From the NCBI GenBank assembly GCA_963787125.1, contig CAWBBV010000020.1, positions 1 through 64,000 on the forward strand: a DNA stretch of 64,000 bases. The letters are read 5' to 3'. The notes under the pieces were generated by a model. It was not told where the DNA came from and searched no databases. It was given only the letters and a program-made list of their open reading frames with translations. Positions 60,149 through 64,000 of this stretch are shown piece after piece (positions within the stretch are counted from its first letter, which is position 1; each line of letters starts with the position of its first letter). Made by a program: the position numbers and the translations under genes. The stretch comes from an uncultured delta proteobacterium (GTDB taxonomy: Bacteria; Desulfobacterota; Desulfuromonadia; Geobacterales; DSM-12255).

Positions 60149-60178
60149 GACTCTCTCCTGATTTATGCGTAAAGTTGA

Positions 60179-60610
60179 TTAAATTTCAAAAACCTTCGGC
60201 ATCTGTGCTTTATGCGGATGTGCAGTGCCGGAATAAATCTTCAGCTTACTGAGCATATTGCGTGCGAGCTTGTTTTTGGGTAACATGCCTTTTACAGCCG
60301 TTTTGAGAAGCTGCTCAGGCTTCTTCTCCAGGAGCTTACCGGCGGTCACCGATTTGATCCCCCCTGGAAACCCTGAGTGACTGTAGTAAGTCTTGTCGGC
60401 AAGCTTATTGCCTGTCAACGCGATCTTGTCTGCATTAATAACGACAACAAAATCACCGGTATCTACGCTAGGCGTGTAAATCGGTTTCTTCTTACCGCGA
60501 AGAATGCTTGCAATCTCGGTCGCAACACGACCAAGCACCTTGTTCTCAACATCAACGAGATACCAGTCCCTCGTGAATTCACCCTCTTTTGCTACCTTTG
60601 TCGTCTTCAT
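60179..60610 (-). CDS. rplM: 50S ribosomal protein L13
   Basis: WYLVD...[23 protein letters not shown]...GMLPKN. Confidence 0.99.
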   Translation of the reverse strand: MKTTKVAKEGEFTRDWYLVDVENKVLGRVATEIASILRGKKKPIYTPSVDTGDFVVVINADKIALTGNKLADKTYYSHSGFPGGIKSVTAGKLLEKKPEQLLKTAVKGMLPKNKLARNMLSKLKIYSGTAHPHKAQMPKVFEI

Positions 60611-60660
60611 AAAACCTCACAACAATCTGAATAGTAAGCCCTGCTTTACGGAAAGTAAGT

Positions 60661-60689
60661 AAATTAGTTGAATTACTGGTGGCTGTCAA
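60661..60689 (-). promoter_or_regulatory. sigma70 promoter of rplM-rpsI
   Basis: Minus strand TTGACA-N17-TAATTT. Confidence 0.65.
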
Positions 60690-60763
60690 GAGAAATCTCA
60701 CCAGCAACTTCTGCTTAATCGGCCTTTCGCCTTCTTAACCTGCCGTGGGCGGACTTCTCTATA

Positions 60764-63700
60764 CTACGGAGCAACATTATCACCTGCAGAATAAGGAGGT
60801 GTATATACAACCGCTTCGGTTGTGTAAGGAGATCTATACGCCCCGCTGTAGGAGCGAACTCTGTAGCGATACTGCTTTATGGGATCGATTGCCCTCCTGT
60901 CAGTAAAACTGTTTACACCGGCGCCGACCGTAGCAATATTCACCCAATTACCGGCCCTTACCAGCCGCTCTACTTCGTAACCTTCGGGAGCTCCGCAGGC
61001 AACCGGAGTACATGTAATAGGCGACCAGTCAAGTCTGATTTTGAATGAGTTAAGCGCTGTTGCTACAAGATTCGGCGGGGCAATATTAAGCGTCGTCGCA
61101 CACTTTTCATTACTGTATACGGAATCACCACCACTGACATTCCAGGCTTTCAGTCTGTAGCAGTAGGCTCTGTTTTCTGTCAAAGCTGTATTCTGGAATG
61201 CCACGGTAACCGGCGTCGCTGCCTGGCAACTGACGGTCGGGTAGCTATCCCCGCAGTAGTTGAGTGTATATGCTGCTGCGATATTGGTAATCTCACTATA
61301 GCTGCCGCCAGAAACGTTTCTTTCAACCTTGTAGTTGGTAGCGCCAACAACCACCGGCCAGGAGATATCGATCTCGGCAGCGGAGATGACTGCAGATGAG
61401 AGCACCGGCGCAGCCGGCGAGGTAATAATAGACTGCACTGCACTGACAGCAGAAAATCCTGCCGGAGAATTGGCACTGACCCGGTAATAGTAAAGCGTTC
61501 CGGGCAAAAGGCCGCTATCGGTGAAATTAGTTACATCCTGACCGACAGAGCCGACATTATTTATCCATTTTCTCCAGTCCGAGTTATCCAGGCTGCGATC
61601 AACCTGATAACCGCTATTCCCTTGAGTTTGCGGCCAGGACAGAGTAACTGAGGAGGCTGTTACCCCGGTAAATACAATAGTCCCCGGGGCGAGCGGCCTG
61701 GTTGTCTGGGTGACGATATTGCTGTAGGGCGAATTAGCTGTAACCGGTGGCCCGACTGCACCGACGGCGGACATCTTGAAACAGTAATAAGTGCCGGCAT
61801 TGAGTCCGGTCTGAGTATAAGTCGGGTTGTTCATTTCCAGCAGGATGGGACCGTTCCAGCTGTCATCTGTACAACTGGCACCGCTGCGAACTTTCCAGAA
61901 CAGCCTGAATTGAGACTCTCCGGCTACGTCGATAAAGCTGTGAACCATTACAGTTGTTGTTGAACCCGGCACGTACATGTACGGCGCCAATGGTGTCACA
62001 GAAATCCAGAGTTCGTTACTCCAGGCAGTATAATCTGTGGCGTTGTATTTAATCCTGACCCTGAACCTGTACGTATTACCGGCAGTTAAACCTACCGTTG
62101 CAGGTGAACTGGTCAATCGTGAGGCAAGATCAACCGGCTGCGTCTGGGTAAATGTAGTACAGGTGCCGACCCCACGTCCATTCGGGTTATTTGGTTCAGT
62201 CGAAGCGCACCTCTCTATTTCATAGAAGACTGCAGTACTGGCCCTGCTCCAGGCAACTTCAACCGGACTGCCACTCAGCGACAACCGCCTGTTAATATGG
62301 CCGACTTCCGGTGACCAGTAAGTGGAACTTATATCCCCCGGAGTTGATGCCGGCACGGTAAAGGCGAAATTCTCAATCTTTGTCCGGACGTTCGTCCCGG
62401 CTACATGGGGCAATCTCCCCAGTTGATAAATCCAGAAAACAGCAGGAGTGTAAACATCGCCAGCTTGCAGGTCAAGCTGGCGTCTTAACTGCCAGACACC
62501 TGAAGAAGGGGCGGTGTAAAACTGCAAACTATTGCCACTCTTTGCAAGTCGGATTTTTCCGCTGACGTCATTGGTCGGGAGAATCAACTGCTCTGAAACA
62601 TTAGTAATCGGCTCGTAAATGGTTAACCAATAGGCTTCTTGAGCCTGAGCCGCAGAGCGGGGGTCAAAGATTGTGTAGCTGTCGCTGCTTACAATCTGAT
62701 AGGGAAGCGGTGTGCCAACAGTTATGGTATTGGCCGTATTGGCCGAAATGGTACGGAACTGGCCAATATTGGGGCCACTGGACATATAGAGATAGAACCC
62801 CTGCCATTGATTGACTCCCCAGTTCTTAGGCGGAAGAGAGGTGCCAATATTGTCGGACGAGTCTACCAATAAAGAATTGGTACTGTTTTTACCGTCCTGG
62901 GAACTGCCGTTAATGGCTGCAGTTCCAGTAATTACATTGATCCGGTAAGTATCGCCGCTGCTGCTGAAAATCCTGTAGGCGTCGCCGTTGGCGATTGCAG
63001 AGGTAAAGCCGGTGCCTGCCACTGTAACACTTGAGGCGTCACTGCTGATAATCAGCATCGTTTTACCGGCATTTGCTCCGCTTGCCATATGCAGATAAAA
63101 GTTCTGCCACTGATTGACAGTCCAGTTGGTAATCGTCGCATCCACAAGTTTAGTTTTGCTGTTACCACTTACAGCGGCAGTTCCGGTTTTTACCGCTGCA
63201 TCATTGGGGAAAGCGCTCTCCAGGGTAACACTGCCGGCACCGTTGGCGGTTACCTTACGAACCAGCTGATTGTTGGGACCAGAGGTCATCTGCAGGTAAT
63301 AATCCTTCCACTGATCCGTCGCCCATGATTTCCACTGAACTGTAGAGCCGGCCATGGTTCTTGTGTCATAGATTGTTGCAAGGGAAGCCGCGGAGGCGGT
63401 TGTTCTGCCGTTGTCCTGAAGAGGGACGCGACCACGCTCGATATATGAGTTATAGGTTCTGCCCGTTGGCGACTGGAAGTCGTGCCTGAGTGATGCATAG
63501 GAACTAGCCAGATAAAGATACGAAAGCGAGGTGTCAGGTGTAATCAGTCCGGAGAGAGTAGTGTAGTCAAACTTTGCATCAAAGTTTCCGGTAAGCGGGG
63601 TTAAATCCCGTAACGAGAGCATCTCGTAACTATAATCATTCGCATAGCCGGGCGCAGCTGAGTAAAGCTCGGCAGAGCCGCTCCCTAGAGTTATTTTGGC

Positions 63701-64000
63701 AGTCCCTTTGGCGGTAGAGGCAGGTGTTAAGGCGGTTGTCAGTTTGCCACCGCCACCGGTACTGCTGATTGAGCCGATCAGATAACTGTCTGTTGCGCTG
63801 ATGGGATTTGTAAACGATGTGGCAACAGTGAGTTTTTTTGTAACATTATCATAGCCTGAGATAGTGCGGGACTGGCCGTTATTGGCGCCGGAAGTCATCA
63901 TTAAAAAGTATCCCAGACTCCAATCAGTCAACCAGCTGTTTGCAGTATCTACCAGCTGAGTGCTGCTGTTACCAGGACTGCCGGCTGCAACGCCAAAATA
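60764..64000 (-). CDS. Large FN3-repeat surface protein (5' end outside the window), paralog of 47206-53229
   Basis: Frame stays open to the window edge (YFGVAAGSPGNSSTQLVD...); its C-terminal FN3 domains match those of the 47206 protein; carries repeated W..nqW...l.M.SG.N.G..R.I modules. Confidence 0.85.
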   Translation of the reverse strand, partial: YFGVAAGSPGNSSTQLVDTANSWLTDWSLGYFLMMTSGANNGQSRTISGYDNVTKKLTVATSFTNPISATDSYLIGSISSTGGGGKLTTALTPASTAKGTAKITLGSGSAELYSAAPGYANDYSYEMLSLRDLTPLTGNFDAKFDYTTLSGLITPDTSLSYLYLASSYASLRHDFQSPTGRTYNSYIERGRVPLQDNGRTTASAASLATIYDTRTMAGSTVQWKSWATDQWKDYYLQMTSGPNNQLVRKVTANGAGSVTLESAFPNDAAVKTGTAAVSGNSKTKLVDATITNWTVNQWQNFYLHMASGANAGKTMLIISSDASSVTVAGTGFTSAIANGDAYRIFSSSGDTYRINVITGTAAINGSSQDGKNSTNSLLVDSSDNIGTSLPPKNWGVNQWQGFYLYMSSGPNIGQFRTISANTANTITVGTPLPYQIVSSDSYTIFDPRSAAQAQEAYWLTIYEPITNVSEQLILPTNDVSGKIRLAKSGNSLQFYTAPSSGVWQLRRQLDLQAGDVYTPAVFWIYQLGRLPHVAGTNVRTKIENFAFTVPASTPGDISSTYWSPEVGHINRRLSLSGSPVEVAWSRASTAVFYEIERCASTEPNNPNGRGVGTCTTFTQTQPVDLASRLTSSPATVGLTAGNTYRFRVRIKYNATDYTAWSNELWISVTPLAPYMYVPGSTTTVMVHSFIDVAGESQFRLFWKVRSGASCTDDSWNGPILLEMNNPTYTQTGLNAGTYYCFKMSAVGAVGPPVTANSPYSNIVTQTTRPLAPGTIVFTGVTASSVTLSWPQTQGNSGYQVDRSLDNSDWRKWINNVGSVGQDVTNFTDSGLLPGTLYYYRVSANSPAGFSAVSAVQSIITSPAAPVLSSAVISAAEIDISWPVVVGATNYKVERNVSGGSYSEITNIAAAYTLNYCGDSYPTVSCQAATPVTVAFQNTALTENRAYCYRLKAWNVSGGDSVYSNEKCATTLNIAPPNLVATALNSFKIRLDWSPITCTPVACGAPEGYEVERLVRAGNWVNIATVGAGVNSFTDRRAIDPIKQYRYRVRSYSGAYRSPYTTEAVVYTPPYSAGDNVAP

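Noticed and set aside
63931..63931. ORF-track start of the 1055-aa protein
   Set aside because: It is an internal TTG; the frame stays open to the window end, so the gene is truncated by the window.

Overview
Chromosomal window from an anaerobic deltaproteobacterium, most likely Geobacteraceae/Desulfuromonadia (inferred from the 16S sequence, an OmpB-like multicopper oxidase, a CX4CH/CXXCH multiheme cytochrome, pta/ackA, hcp and class I fumarase). It starts with a 16S rRNA gene (minus strand) and its tandem promoters. The most notable element is a complete lasso-peptide (RiPP) cluster at about 3.3-10.7 kb. It encodes a 46-aa precursor with its own near-consensus promoter (predicted core ASPGPVGDGTNGSN), a lasso cyclase, two HPr-kinase-like enzymes, a PAPS-type sulfotransferase, an RRE (B1), a leader peptidase (B2) and an ABC exporter. 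Next to it is a putative copper/metal-redox locus: a 1535-aa modular multicopper oxidase behind a sigma54 promoter with tandem enhancers, a heme c/binding-protein fusion, SCO, an ABC system led by an unlisted ATT-start ORF, and a sigma54 two-component system. Housekeeping genes follow (metY, malQ, recG, pta, ackA, a cdaA-like cyclase, ubiE, hcp, fumarase). The right end holds a giant ~33-heme cytochrome with a ~2000-aa propeller/FN3 partner, argC-rpsI-rplM, and a truncated paralogous FN3 protein that shares a repeated module with the cytochrome. No CRISPR array, IS element or tRNA was recognised. All assignments come from motif reading by eye; no database searches were run.
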